Assembly: GCA_040880105.1 (NCBI GenBank) | Contig: JBBDJA010000030.1 | Location: 1-62,438 of the forward strand | DNA length: 62,438 nt | Direction: 5' to 3' | DNA from: Waddliaceae bacterium | Lineage (GTDB): Bacteria > Chlamydiota > Chlamydiia > Chlamydiales > SLOH01 | Part shown: in pieces, positions 10,955-21,234 of the stretch | Numbering within the stretch: the first letter of the stretch is position 1 | How the letters are laid out: every line of letters starts with the position of its first letter | Translations under genes and position numbers: made by a program | The notes under the pieces: generated by a model | Databases searched by the model: none | Seen by the model: the letters and a program-made list of their open reading frames with translations, nothing else | What the model was told of the DNA's origin: nothing

Positions 10955-11103
10955 ATATTCCTAACTACTTTCCGTTACTGTCTTGCGTAATGTTTGCGGC
11001 TTATCGGCTGATCCTTTGAGGACTCTTTGTCTTCATCTGCCTTTTTAGAGGTTGCCAAACTCTTTAGTAAGAGCGGCTTTCACAGTCTTTTAATTTGATG
11101 TTG

Positions 11104-11130
11104 CATATATATGTATATGCGTATATATTG
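11104..11130. promoter_or_regulatory. Candidate ArsR operator/promoter
   Basis: AT-rich imperfect palindrome catatatatgtatatgcgtatatattg just upstream of the ars operon. Confidence 0.4.
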
Positions 11131-11166
11131 TGTATGAAGAGAATGACTAATTAAGAGGGGTTATCT

Positions 11167-12027
11167 ATGGATCATTATCAACCACCGGCAACTGAATACG
11201 TTCAGTATGTTGCTATCAATTCCGCTAAAAACACTGAAGAATTTAAAAGAGAGGTGCGGTCGGCTTATGGAGGGGTTGCAGAAGCTGATACCCAAAACCA
11301 AAGCTGCGGCAACTCAAGAAGCTGCTGTGGTGTGTCGCCAAAGCCTGATCTTCAGTATTCGCAAGAACTTGGATATTCAGAAGAAAATCTAAAAAGCGTT
11401 CCCGAGGGTTCTAATATGGGTCTTGGATGTGGGAATCCTCAGGCGATAGCCTCACTTAAACAAGGAGAAGTTGTTCTTGATTTGGGGTCTGGTGGCGGAT
11501 TTGACGCATTTTTAGCTGCACAACAAGTAGGTCCAAAAGGGAAAGTGTTTGGAGTAGACATGACTCCGGAAATGCTAAGTAAAGCACGGGAAAATGCATC
11601 TAAACATGGTTATAAAAATGTTAAGTTCCTGCTTGGTGAAATTGAGCATATACCTCTTCCAGATAGTACAGTGAATGTCATTATCTCAAATTGCGTGATT
11701 AATCTATCAACAGATAAGGAAAGCGTTTTTAAAGAGTCTTTTCGGGTCTTAAAAGATGGTGGCAGGATAGCTATTTCTGATATGGTTGCCAACAAGCCGC
11801 TGCCGCCGGAAATGGTGAATAATCAAGAGCTCTATTGTAACTGTATCTCCGGTGCCATAACAATTGATGAAATTAAAAATATTTTGGTAAAAGCTGGATT
11901 TACAAATATTGTGATTGAACCTCAAGAAAATAGCCGCATGTTTGTAAAGGATTGGGTTCCTGGGTCTGATGCAGAAAATTATGTTGTTTCAGCAAAAATT
12001 ATGGCTGTTAAGCCAAAGGTAAAGTAA
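11167..12027 (+). CDS. arsM: Arsenite S-adenosylmethyltransferase
   Basis: SCCG, GLGCGNP, DLGSGGGFD, ISNCVINL, CISGA. Confidence 0.92.
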   Translation: MDHYQPPATEYVQYVAINSAKNTEEFKREVRSAYGGVAEADTQNQSCGNSRSCCGVSPKPDLQYSQELGYSEENLKSVPEGSNMGLGCGNPQAIASLKQGEVVLDLGSGGGFDAFLAAQQVGPKGKVFGVDMTPEMLSKARENASKHGYKNVKFLLGEIEHIPLPDSTVNVIISNCVINLSTDKESVFKESFRVLKDGGRIAISDMVANKPLPPEMVNNQELYCNCISGAITIDEIKNILVKAGFTNIVIEPQENSRMFVKDWVPGSDAENYVVSAKIMAVKPKVK

Positions 12028-12371
12028 TGAAAACACCTAGTGAGCTATTTTCGCTGTTATCTGACGAGACACGGTTGCGTTGTTTGGTTCTTCTTCAAAA
12101 AGAAGAAGAACTTTGCGTTTGCGAAATTTGTGAGATAATAGAAAGTATACAGCCAAAAATTTCTCGCCACCTTGCTTTAATGCGTAGCTCGGGTCTTGTT
12201 CAAAATGAACGTAGAGGGCAGTGGGTCTATTATAGCCTAAATCCTTCACTTCCGGATTGGGTTAAGGAGATCGTTGTATCTACAACAAGTAGTCTTACAA
12301 AAGAGGAGCCTTTTTGCTCTGATCTAAAGAAGATACGTTCATTGACAAAGGAAAAGATGTGTCAATCATAA
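12027..12371 (+). CDS. arsR: ArsR family As(III)-responsive repressor
   Basis: ELCVCEI metal box, QPKISRHL, RRGQWVYY. Confidence 0.92.
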   Translation: MKTPSELFSLLSDETRLRCLVLLQKEEELCVCEICEIIESIQPKISRHLALMRSSGLVQNERRGQWVYYSLNPSLPDWVKEIVVSTTSSLTKEEPFCSDLKKIRSLTKEKMCQS

Positions 12372-12510
12372 GATGTTGAGGAACCTCTGAAAAAATTCAT
12401 GCAAAATTTAATGTGAGAGGTTCCTAAACATTTCTGCTAAATGCTTATATTTAGGATTGGAGCAGATAAATCTTGTTAATATTTTCTCATTAGCAGTAGA
12501 GATATAGATA

Positions 12511-12930
12511 ATGAAAAAGCCTTTAAAGAAAATTCTTTTTATATGTACAGGCAACTCATGTCGTAGTCAAATGGCAGAAGGTTGGGTAAGAGAACTTAAG
12601 GGCGATATTCTAGAACCCCATTCAGCAGGGATAGAAAAGCACGGTGTAGATCCTAGAGCTGTAAAAGTTATGTCTGAAGTGGGCATAGATATTTCAAGGG
12701 GATATTCTAAGCTCATAAGTGAGCTGAAAGAGAAAGATTTTGACTATGTAGTTACAATTTGCAATAACGCCAATAAAAAATGTCCTCTGTTTTCAGGTCA
12801 TGCTAAGCGTTTGCATCATGGCTTTGATGATCCCGCGATTTTATCTCTTGGAGTGGAATCTGAAGAAGAAATCTTAGATATTTATCGCCTTGTGCGTGAT
12901 GAAATTAAAGATTTTGTTGTGTCATTTTAA
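12511..12930 (+). CDS. arsC: Thioredoxin-type arsenate reductase (LMW-PTP fold)
   Basis: CTGNSCRSQMAEG, C....CP, FDDP. Confidence 0.88.
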   Translation: MKKPLKKILFICTGNSCRSQMAEGWVRELKGDILEPHSAGIEKHGVDPRAVKVMSEVGIDISRGYSKLISELKEKDFDYVVTICNNANKKCPLFSGHAKRLHHGFDDPAILSLGVESEEEILDIYRLVRDEIKDFVVSF

Positions 12931-13007
12931 ACAAGCTGATGATTTGACGTTCTTCTGATACAGGGTGAAACGATTTTCAAAAGCTTGCTTTTTTCTGACA
13001 TGTGTAG

Positions 13008-14090
13008 CTAGGGTTTCAAAGAGTCTGAAACATTAAAGGTCGTATTCACCCCTTTTGTTGGCGCACTTATGATGGCGGAGGCGTTAAGGTTGAAGTCTTT
13101 CAGAGCGATCCACTTGATTGTTTGATCGTCATAGGATTTGAAATAGTAGCGAAGCCGATTGGGATCTTTAACTGAAGTGAGTAGGGTAGAGTCTGTCTCC
13201 GTTTTGCCGTTTTGAATTTGTTTCACTACTCCCACTGGAATATCGAACTGGTTGAGTATGTGAAAAGTCTGTCCGACTAGATCTTCACCGGTTTTTGCCG
13301 GAATTGCAGTTGAGGAGAAAATTGCTGCGCGTACAAATCTAGAGGGAGGCGTAAAATCTCCCGGAAGACCAACCATCCCCGATCCTTGTCCAAAGGGAGC
13401 GAGGCTAACATCTCTTAAGGTGATCGGTTTTGTGTTGAAAGGGGTAAGGTTAATGAAATTGCGTAAGTTTTCAAGGTGCCAGTCAAAAGTGGGTGAGTTG
13501 GTAAAAGCGCCAATTTTGTTCTCATATGTAACAAGTTTCCCGTCAATAGGTTCTATCACAAGCGCGTTTCCTTGTTTGTCATATACGATATAATGAAAGG
13601 GAGCGGCAACAGGACCCCATCCTTTAAGAACTGTCGGGGCAATGACAATTGACTTAAGTGCCTCTTTAACTTCTTCAAGAGAAGCAAATTGCGTTAAGAC
13701 CCAGTTGGGAAACTCAACTGGGGATATGGCTTTTGACTGATTGGTTTTGTCGATCGTTGCGTATCTTGCATAATCCGGAAAGTAAAAGGCGCCGCAGGCA
13801 AGACCCTTTTCGTTGACCCCGTCCATCACCACTTGGTCTTTAAAGCAATAGACGCCGGCTACTGCATATTTCGAAGTGTACTTAAGACCAGCACCTGAGG
13901 GAGTCTGTCCGGTAAATGTAAAGTTTCTCGGAATTATGCAGGTATGCATTTCAATATTAGTACCAAACTCAACAGTTCTTCCGTTAACAGAGGTTCCATC
14001 TTGCGCCGTCATTCGAATCCCTGTACAGGCTTCAAGTATGCAGGTAGTAAAAATGAAAGATGCGATAGAAATTTGAAAAAAAATATGCAT
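13008..14090 (-). CDS. Choloylglycine hydrolase/penicillin V acylase family, secreted
   Basis: Signal peptide then CTG; GRTVEF, DGVNEKGL, TNSP, LPGDFTPPSRFVR. Confidence 0.9.
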   Translation of the reverse strand: MHIFFQISIASFIFTTCILEACTGIRMTAQDGTSVNGRTVEFGTNIEMHTCIIPRNFTFTGQTPSGAGLKYTSKYAVAGVYCFKDQVVMDGVNEKGLACGAFYFPDYARYATIDKTNQSKAISPVEFPNWVLTQFASLEEVKEALKSIVIAPTVLKGWGPVAAPFHYIVYDKQGNALVIEPIDGKLVTYENKIGAFTNSPTFDWHLENLRNFINLTPFNTKPITLRDVSLAPFGQGSGMVGLPGDFTPPSRFVRAAIFSSTAIPAKTGEDLVGQTFHILNQFDIPVGVVKQIQNGKTETDSTLLTSVKDPNRLRYYFKSYDDQTIKWIALKDFNLNASAIISAPTKGVNTTFNVSDSLKP

Positions 14091-14177
14091 CGATGGGTCC
14101 TCGTATTTAGACCCTCTTATAGGAATTGTTTGATCTTAAATCAACGGGTTTTTTTCTTTTGAATGTGAATGAAGTTT

Positions 14178-14669
14178 TTAAAGATTCGCAACTAGTATAA
14201 TTGTTACAAAAAATATTAAAAAAAATATTAAAACCGGATTTGTTGATCGATTACTAAACCTTTCTTTTCTTCCAAATTTATCGTGGAACTTATAATGACA
14301 ATCCCTACAAAGGACAGTTAAATCATGTATATTGGCATGTTCAGAACCGTGGATACTGTAGCTTCGGTGATGTGTATCCAGGTCGTTTTTGCTGTTACAT
14401 ATTTGACATTTATACCTAGCTTTATACTTGGCGTGGGAGGAAATTGCTTTCCAGTAGGGTGTTTGTAAAAAAGACTGATAATTCATACTGTTAATATATT
14501 CTGATATAACATCCCAGTCTACATTCACATGTTTAATCTTATGCATACGCTCTTTTAGAGGTGTTTCTGTATCCCAATCAATTTCGGGGTCTAAATATTT
14601 TTCAATATAATAGAGCGTGTTTTTAATAAATATATTATGTGGTGGAGGTTTTGTCGATGGGTGATTCAT
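14178..14669 (-). CDS. HNH endonuclease-like protein with C-terminal membrane anchor
   Basis: CQIC...HHRSY...LCRDCH; hydrophobic C-terminus. Confidence 0.75.
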   Translation of the reverse strand: MNHPSTKPPPHNIFIKNTLYYIEKYLDPEIDWDTETPLKERMHKIKHVNVDWDVISEYINSMNYQSFLQTPYWKAISSHAKYKARYKCQICNSKNDLDTHHRSYSIHGSEHANIHDLTVLCRDCHYKFHDKFGRKERFSNRSTNPVLIFFLIFFVTIILVANL

Positions 14670-14890
14670 TTTATATGATTTTTTTGGGTTTATATTTTAT
14701 TTGTTTTGTTTTTTAAATGGAATATTAATTTTTGTTTTGATAGAGACTTTTGAATAAACCCATTTATTAAATTGTGAGTGGATATTTTTTAAGTTTAAAG
14801 CAGGCGCAGATCTTTTATATGTATTGCAACAAAATCTGTTTTTAGTGATAAGAAGATTTTGAATGCGCAAACCAAGGGAGCGTGATAGAT

Positions 14891-15094
14891 ATGGGAAAAG
14901 TTTTAGCATGGGTATTAATTGCTGTAGGTTTAGTCTGTTTGGGTTTTGGTATTAACTCGACCGTTAGTCTTAGTGATGAAGTGACAGAGGCAGTCACAGG
15001 TCGTTACACTGAAAATACAATGTTATATATCATTGGAGGCATCGCAATGATTGTTGGCGGAGCTGGCTTGCTGATCAAGTTTCGAAAGGGCTAA
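14891..15094 (+). CDS. Small membrane protein (DUF3185-like)
   Basis: Two TM helices flanking S..V.EA.TG.YT..T. Confidence 0.7.
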   Translation: MGKVLAWVLIAVGLVCLGFGINSTVSLSDEVTEAVTGRYTENTMLYIIGGIAMIVGGAGLLIKFRKG

Positions 15095-15180
15095 CTAAGT
15101 AAAACGTGCCGTGACTGCATTAGACTGGTTATCATGGTCTGTTCGGTGTGCGGCACCTTTCATACAGGTTCATAAAGTGT

Positions 15181-17805
15181 CTAAATATCCACTTCAAAGT
15201 AGAATGACGCCCCTTTTTCGGGTAGATTGCTGAATCCGAGGCTCCCATTATAGGCGTTAATTATTTGTCGACATATAGTCAGGCCGATGCCGTGTGTTTC
15301 AAGGCCTGTCGATTGAGAGAGTTTTTTGGGGTGTTGATTGAATACAGATTCTTTGTCTGTTTCGGGTATTCCAGGGCCTTGATCGCGAACCTCGAACCGG
15401 AGCTTTTCAGAGGTTGTTTCACATAAAACCTTGATAACAGAATTTTGCGGTGAAAATTTGATCGCATTACTTAAGAGATTGTCCATGACCTGTTTGATCT
15501 TGATTCGGTCTATGCGACAAGTGGGACGCTTGAGTTTCTCTTCAAGCTCAATCTCGATATTTTTCTTTGAGGCTAGAAGTTTGTGAAAATCGCAAACTTC
15601 CTGAGCTAAATTTTGTATGTCGACCTCCTCTTTATTGATTTGAAATTGTCCTGATTGAATAAGGTTATCGTTGAGAATATCGTTGAGCAAGTCAAGCATG
15701 CTTTTTGCTTGTCTGGAAATTATATCGATCATTTTATGGAAGCGCTGTTTGTCATCTTTTTTTTGGGTATACTCTAGAACAGATCCTGCCATTAAAATTG
15801 ATGAAATGGGGTTGCGCAGGTCATGGGCGGCCATTCGGATAAACTTATCCTTGACTTTGATCAATTCGTTCAATTGCTGGTTGACCGCATACAGTTCATC
15901 TACCTTTTCAGCCAGTAGTCTCTGTGTGTTCTTAATTTCGGTAATGTCGGTTGCAATTCCGAAGAGTTTGATGTTTTTTTCTCCGAGGAGGCTGAAAGGG
16001 CTGAGCATAAAGAGTATCGTTTTATCTCCCAGGACAATCTCTGAGGAAACGCTTTTTTTTGACGCGACGGCATTTTTTATAGGTTCAATATTTGACTTGG
16101 TGTACGACCTCAGAAGGGAGCTAAAGGACGTTTGAACATCTTGAAGATCGCTCATTCCAAGAAGCTTAATCAACCCCTTGTTCATCCACTCAACCACTCC
16201 TGCCTCATCGAGAATAAAGATCCCTTCAGATGCATAATCGGCTGCCATTTGCATCTTGAAAAGTTTGGATTCAGCAACCATTTTCTTAGTGTAGTAGATA
16301 GATGAAAATGATAAGTTCATCTCCTTATTGAGTCGATTGATCGCCTCTAATTCATGTGGCAGCCATTTTTTTGAGTGACCTTTAATCTCCTCGCTCCACA
16401 CTTCAAAAGACTTTCGGGGCTTAAAGTTGTTTGCATTTTCTGTGGAGACACTAAATTTTTGAGGGTCACCTCCCCAGTTGATTGTATGTGGGTATTCCGG
16501 TCGGAACCAAAAACTATAATTGGACGTACCGCTACCCATTGAAGCTGAGATCATACCGCTGGTAATTTTTTTATAGCTAGCAGCTTCCGGAATGAGTTCG
16601 GAAAGGGATTCTGTATGGAATATGCGACCTTTTTGAGTCCTGTCGATCCAATGAACTAAACGCTCGATTTCCTTATTTGGCGGGGTTTTTCCTTTCTTTG
16701 TAATCTTTCCTTCAAAATACATCGCGACCCCTTCAGCATCGGCAATAGAGAGTACAGTGTCAGCATGTTTCAGAAAATTTTCATGGATGTCAGTATTCAC
16801 GTGTATCATAGATTCAATAGCTTCAGATAGCGCATCATAATGCTTTTTGACTATAGTGAATCCTTGAAATTCATGTAACGAGCATTCATTGCTCATCAAG
16901 CTTCCGAAGTGGGCAAGGGCGAGGAGGTTGTATCGAGAGAGTAATTTCGGATCCCTGTGATGGCATGAGATTAAACCCCACAATTTGCCTCGGAACTTTA
17001 TCGCATACGAGATGGACGTTCTGATATTCATATTTTTGACATAGTCGCGATGAACGGGAACGACCCCTTTGAGAATGGAAAATGACAAATCGAGCGGCTC
17101 ATTTGTTATTGGATTGATGCTCGGGACAATAGGGGCAGGGTCTTGTTGGCTGTCATAGATATAGCGCAGTGGGTTTTTCAGATAGAGCTCTTTAACAGGG
17201 GTCGGAATATCGGATTTGGGAAAATGAAAATTCATATAATTTTCCATTCCCTCTTCTCTCGCCTCGGCAACGACTTCTCCGCTACCATCATCCAGGAATT
17301 GATAAATCAATACTTTGTCAAATCCAAGTGCCTTTTTAATTTTCTTAGCAAATAATTGGCAAATTTGAGGAAATGTCAGCAAATGATCCGATCGATTTGT
17401 TAAGGATAAAATTTGATTCGACAGCTCTTGGAAATTGATCGGCTCGATATCTTGCGGAAGGGGTATATATTCAAGAATCAGAAATTTCCCCCTGTCTTGA
17501 ATATGTAGGTCATAATGTTCGTCTTGGTTTGTGTATGAGTGAGTCGAATCTTCAAGAGGATTTTCTTCTGTGAGATATTTTTTTACATCGGCAGCGATGT
17601 GGCTTTCAGGAATTTCATCCAGCTTTTTATTGATCATTTGCTCTGCATTGATACCGATCCATTCAACGACATTTTCACTGGCCTGGAGGATTTTCAGATC
17701 TCTGTCAATGACGAGGAGGTACCCAAACGGCTGGATGTAGTCCAAGCATCGCACCTCCACTTGGTCGCATATCCTATCTCTTTCTTCAGCGGATAATTTA
17801 TCCAT
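15181..17805 (-). CDS. bphP: Bacteriophytochrome histidine kinase (PAS-GAF-PHY-PAS-HisKA-HATPase)
   Basis: N-terminal Cys (ICD...IQPFG), SDIP, VH..Y..NM, LWGLISCHH, PRKSF, AHDLRNP, NLLSNAIKF, DQGPGI; start set to ATG 17805. Confidence 0.9.
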   Translation of the reverse strand: MDKLSAEERDRICDQVEVRCLDYIQPFGYLLVIDRDLKILQASENVVEWIGINAEQMINKKLDEIPESHIAADVKKYLTEENPLEDSTHSYTNQDEHYDLHIQDRGKFLILEYIPLPQDIEPINFQELSNQILSLTNRSDHLLTFPQICQLFAKKIKKALGFDKVLIYQFLDDGSGEVVAEAREEGMENYMNFHFPKSDIPTPVKELYLKNPLRYIYDSQQDPAPIVPSINPITNEPLDLSFSILKGVVPVHRDYVKNMNIRTSISYAIKFRGKLWGLISCHHRDPKLLSRYNLLALAHFGSLMSNECSLHEFQGFTIVKKHYDALSEAIESMIHVNTDIHENFLKHADTVLSIADAEGVAMYFEGKITKKGKTPPNKEIERLVHWIDRTQKGRIFHTESLSELIPEAASYKKITSGMISASMGSGTSNYSFWFRPEYPHTINWGGDPQKFSVSTENANNFKPRKSFEVWSEEIKGHSKKWLPHELEAINRLNKEMNLSFSSIYYTKKMVAESKLFKMQMAADYASEGIFILDEAGVVEWMNKGLIKLLGMSDLQDVQTSFSSLLRSYTKSNIEPIKNAVASKKSVSSEIVLGDKTILFMLSPFSLLGEKNIKLFGIATDITEIKNTQRLLAEKVDELYAVNQQLNELIKVKDKFIRMAAHDLRNPISSILMAGSVLEYTQKKDDKQRFHKMIDIISRQAKSMLDLLNDILNDNLIQSGQFQINKEEVDIQNLAQEVCDFHKLLASKKNIEIELEEKLKRPTCRIDRIKIKQVMDNLLSNAIKFSPQNSVIKVLCETTSEKLRFEVRDQGPGIPETDKESVFNQHPKKLSQSTGLETHGIGLTICRQIINAYNGSLGFSNLPEKGASFYFEVDI

Positions 17806-18373
17806 TTTTAAATAGCTCGTGGATGTTTTCAAAGGTTTGAATCGCAGCGTTTGTGCACTCTTTTATTTCGGAGTCTGTTTTGACTTCTGATTTGAGGAAT
17901 TGGCGAAAATTTGTCCAGTTTACCGTGATTTTATCACCGTAGTCGTAAAAGAAAGCGCCCCCTGCATTTTTATTGAGGTCAAATTTTGCAGATAGTTTCG
18001 GGTAGAGCATTTTTCTGCCGAGACATGACCCCTCTAAAACATAAAAGCACCCCATTAAGGCGGGGAAGGAAAACGAGCGGGCATATGGGGGAAATTTTGG
18101 AATTTTGTTCAGTAGAACGCCGAAGTGGGTTAAGTCCTTTTCTAGCAGGGGAGTCCGACGCTTCTCTTGTGTTATTGCTCCATCTGATAAGCGGCCCAGC
18201 TCTTTCCAATCCACATGAGATTCAAATGAAGAGTAGAAGGCGTAAAACTTTTCTAATATCCGGATATATTCCTCTAGAGATAAATCCTCTGACAACCTTT
18301 TCAATAATGAATTATGTTCTATCTCTTGGTGTTGAGCGGCTGTTTCCTTTCTTAATTCCTGTATGATATCCAC
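17798..18373 (-). CDS. bphO: Biliverdin-producing heme oxygenase
   Basis: LRKETAAQHQEIE proximal His, GCFYVLEGSCLG; overlaps the phytochrome start. Confidence 0.88.
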   Translation of the reverse strand: MDIIQELRKETAAQHQEIEHNSLLKRLSEDLSLEEYIRILEKFYAFYSSFESHVDWKELGRLSDGAITQEKRRTPLLEKDLTHFGVLLNKIPKFPPYARSFSFPALMGCFYVLEGSCLGRKMLYPKLSAKFDLNKNAGGAFFYDYGDKITVNWTNFRQFLKSEVKTDSEIKECTNAAIQTFENIHELFKNG

Positions 18374-18941
18374 GAAAGTGAGCTCTCCTAAATGAGTTGT
18401 CTTTCTTTATAGAACGCTAACTTTATATACATTATTTGTCAGTAGAAAATAAAGTAATATGAATGTTGAGTAGAGGGCATTTTTAGGTGAATAAGGAAGA
18501 GTATCGGGTGTCTTTAGGTCAAAAGAGAAATAAGAAATGGTTTAGAATTTTAGAGTAGGGGGAGTTCTCGCTGACCTTCAAGTTTAGGTTCTTCTCTTTT
18601 ATTTAAGCTGTTCTCTGCTCAGTCGCAATAGCTATAAGGTCTAAGAGGTAGACGATGGGGCCTAAATACGATGTTGTTATGGATACTTTACCTTGTAGAT
18701 TCACTAATAAAATTATCTTTCTGCGTTTTTGTGAAAAAAAGTTTCAATATTCGTAATTCTTAATTGTTCTATATATTGAGTTATATCAACGATTGGGGTC
18801 TTTTGCCACTTTGATATATCGAAATTACTCTCGAAATTAAAATTAAGTGAATAAAAAATACAAACACGGCATAGGTTGGGGTAGAAATAAGGAGATTATA
18901 ATCCAAAGTTTTAGCTTTGGGTATTTTAGTTTGATTGGAGA

Positions 18942-20288
18942 ATGCAGATAATGGCTTCCATTATTAAAAAGCAGTATTATTGGGGTTATCTTGTTATTTT
19001 GCTTAGCCTGCTTGCAACCATGGGAATTTACTTCGGGTCGATGTGGTACTACGATGGTTGGTACGACTATAAGTTGAAGTATTTGGCCAAGATCGGAAGT
19101 ATGTCCTCCACGATGCTTATGTGCTGGGCCTTTTTGCTTGCTACGAGGTTTCGTGTTATTGAGAAGTTGTTTGGTGGTCTGGACAAGGCTTATAAAGCGC
19201 ATCGGTGGGTCGGTGAATCTGCCTTTTTTCTTATCTTTCTCCATCCGATCTTTTTAGGGCTGAATCCCAAGCACGATTTTTTCAGCTTCTTTTGGGTAGA
19301 CTATCTGCCGGGTGAAGAGCTGCATCATTACATCGCTCGAATGAGCGGAATTGCAGCGCTTTTTATTTTTATATTATTGGTGGCCTTTTCTCTCTGGATC
19401 CCGATGCGCTATCACAGATGGAAACAGACGCATAATTTTTTCGGACTATTGCTGATATTGGTAGTTATTCACGGGGTTGTAGCGAGGGGTGAGATCATGT
19501 CTTATCCTTTTCTCTTTGCTTGGTTTGGGCTGTGGGTGAGTATGGGACTTCTTGGTTTTTTATATATTCGCCTGTTGTATCGCTGGTTTGGACCGCTTCA
19601 TGACTATACTCTCCACCATGTTGAGCAGCTAGGGGATATTACAGAGATTTATTTGCAGCCTCATCGCCCCTATCGCAAGTTACTTCATCGTCCGGGACAG
19701 TTTGTTTATATCTATTTTGAGTCACCTGAATTAAGTGCAGAGCCTCACCCTTTTAGTATCTCTTCAGAGCCTCAATCAGATTACTTAAGGATATCAATCA
19801 AGGAGTTGGGAGATTGGACAAAAAAGATACATCAGCTCGAAAAGGGAGACCATGCATATGTTTGGGGGCCGTACGGAAAATTTAGCGATCATTATTTTGA
19901 ACATGCTGACAAGCAAGCGGTCTTAATTGGAGGGGGGATTGGGATTACCCCGTTTTTAAGCATCGTAAGAGATGCAACTTTCCGGTCAGGAGACAGAAAT
20001 GAGGTTTATCTTTTTTACAGCTATGACAAAGAAGGTGAAGATTATTATCGGGATGAAGTTGAACAACTTGATGCCGATATCGACCATTTTCACACTATTC
20101 TTCATTGTGCAGAAAAGAAGGATTATCTCTCCGTTGATATTATTAAGGAAAAGGTGGGAGGAGATCTTTCTAATAAAATTTTTTTAATTTGCGGACCTAA
20201 GCCGATGATGGATTCGCTGCAAGAGCAGCTCCTAGATGAAGGCGTATCCTTTGAGTATATTTTTAAAGAAGATTTCAGCGTGATTTAA
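18942..20288 (+). CDS. Ferric reductase-like membrane oxidoreductase (heme TM + FAD + NAD domains)
   Basis: TM His residues, PGQF, HPFSIS, GPYG, GGIGITPF, CGPKPMM. Confidence 0.88.
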   Translation: MQIMASIIKKQYYWGYLVILLSLLATMGIYFGSMWYYDGWYDYKLKYLAKIGSMSSTMLMCWAFLLATRFRVIEKLFGGLDKAYKAHRWVGESAFFLIFLHPIFLGLNPKHDFFSFFWVDYLPGEELHHYIARMSGIAALFIFILLVAFSLWIPMRYHRWKQTHNFFGLLLILVVIHGVVARGEIMSYPFLFAWFGLWVSMGLLGFLYIRLLYRWFGPLHDYTLHHVEQLGDITEIYLQPHRPYRKLLHRPGQFVYIYFESPELSAEPHPFSISSEPQSDYLRISIKELGDWTKKIHQLEKGDHAYVWGPYGKFSDHYFEHADKQAVLIGGGIGITPFLSIVRDATFRSGDRNEVYLFYSYDKEGEDYYRDEVEQLDADIDHFHTILHCAEKKDYLSVDIIKEKVGGDLSNKIFLICGPKPMMDSLQEQLLDEGVSFEYIFKEDFSVI

Positions 20289-20316
20289 AACCGAGAAGTG
20301 CCCGGAATTGGAAAAA

Positions 20317-20384
20317 TTTGTAACGATTTTGAGGGGAAATACTCTATATGTCATCATTTTCAGGGATTTGTAACGATTTTGAGG
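20317..20384 (+). repeat. Dispersed intergenic repeat, copies B/C (tttgtaacgattttgagg x2)
   Basis: 18-mer at 20317-20334 and 20367-20384; extended match to 6628-6665. Confidence 0.7.
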
Positions 20385-20759
20385 GCTTTTCAGGCATTCT
20401 ATTGTGTGTTGTGGTTAGGAGAATTGTTTTGAGGTTGTGGATATGCCCGATAGAAGAGTTGATCTATGTATTAAGTGCGTGCGTCAAAACAATGGCAGCC
20501 TTTCAACTAGAAAGCGCAACTCCCTGTATAAGATGCTCACGGATAACGAGGTTAATCAGATGGAGAGCATAATCAAAAAAAATACTCGTTAGCGATACGT
20601 AGTTTAATCTTCACCCCTGTTAGGTAAAATTAAAGGAACCTGGATATCTCTGTTTAATTAAATTTAACACCTTTTCTAGCAATTCGACAGAGACGCACAC
20701 AGTTAACTAATAAATAGTGAAGACCGATTGGCTGCGCTCAGATAAATGATGTAAAAACT

Positions 20760-21233
20760 ATGTACAATATATTTTCTGAGCTATGCTACTCGACTATGAC
20801 ATCAGTTATGAATATTTTCAGAGCACTAGAAGGGAAGTGGAATTTTCATAGGACTATTTCAAACTATGGAATTATTAGAGGAGTCGCAACTTTTAAGAAG
20901 TCTGCAATCGAATCCCATCTCCTCCATTACAGAGAAGAGGGGGTGCTTAAAAGAGAAAATGGAGAGCATTTTCAAGTCTACCGTGACTATTTATATCGGT
21001 ATAAAAATAATCGGATTTCAGTCTTCTTTCCGGAAAAAACTGAACGCTTATTACACGTTTTAGAATTTCTGGATGCCACTACTGCGGTCGCTAGGCATGT
21101 ATGTTCATGCGATGTTTATGACGCCACCTATAATTTCAGCTTGGAGGATGAATTCGAGTTATCTTACCTTGTTAACGGCCCTAGTAAAGGTTATTTAATA
21201 ACAACATTTTTCACGCGGCAACTTAAGGGGTAA
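20760..21233 (+). CDS. DUF6314-like beta-barrel protein
   Basis: GKW.F.R, YREEG, R.Y.Y, H.C..D.Y, V.GP.K.Y pattern. Confidence 0.7.
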   Translation: MYNIFSELCYSTMTSVMNIFRALEGKWNFHRTISNYGIIRGVATFKKSAIESHLLHYREEGVLKRENGEHFQVYRDYLYRYKNNRISVFFPEKTERLLHVLEFLDATTAVARHVCSCDVYDATYNFSLEDEFELSYLVNGPSKGYLITTFFTRQLKG

Positions 21234-21234
21234 T

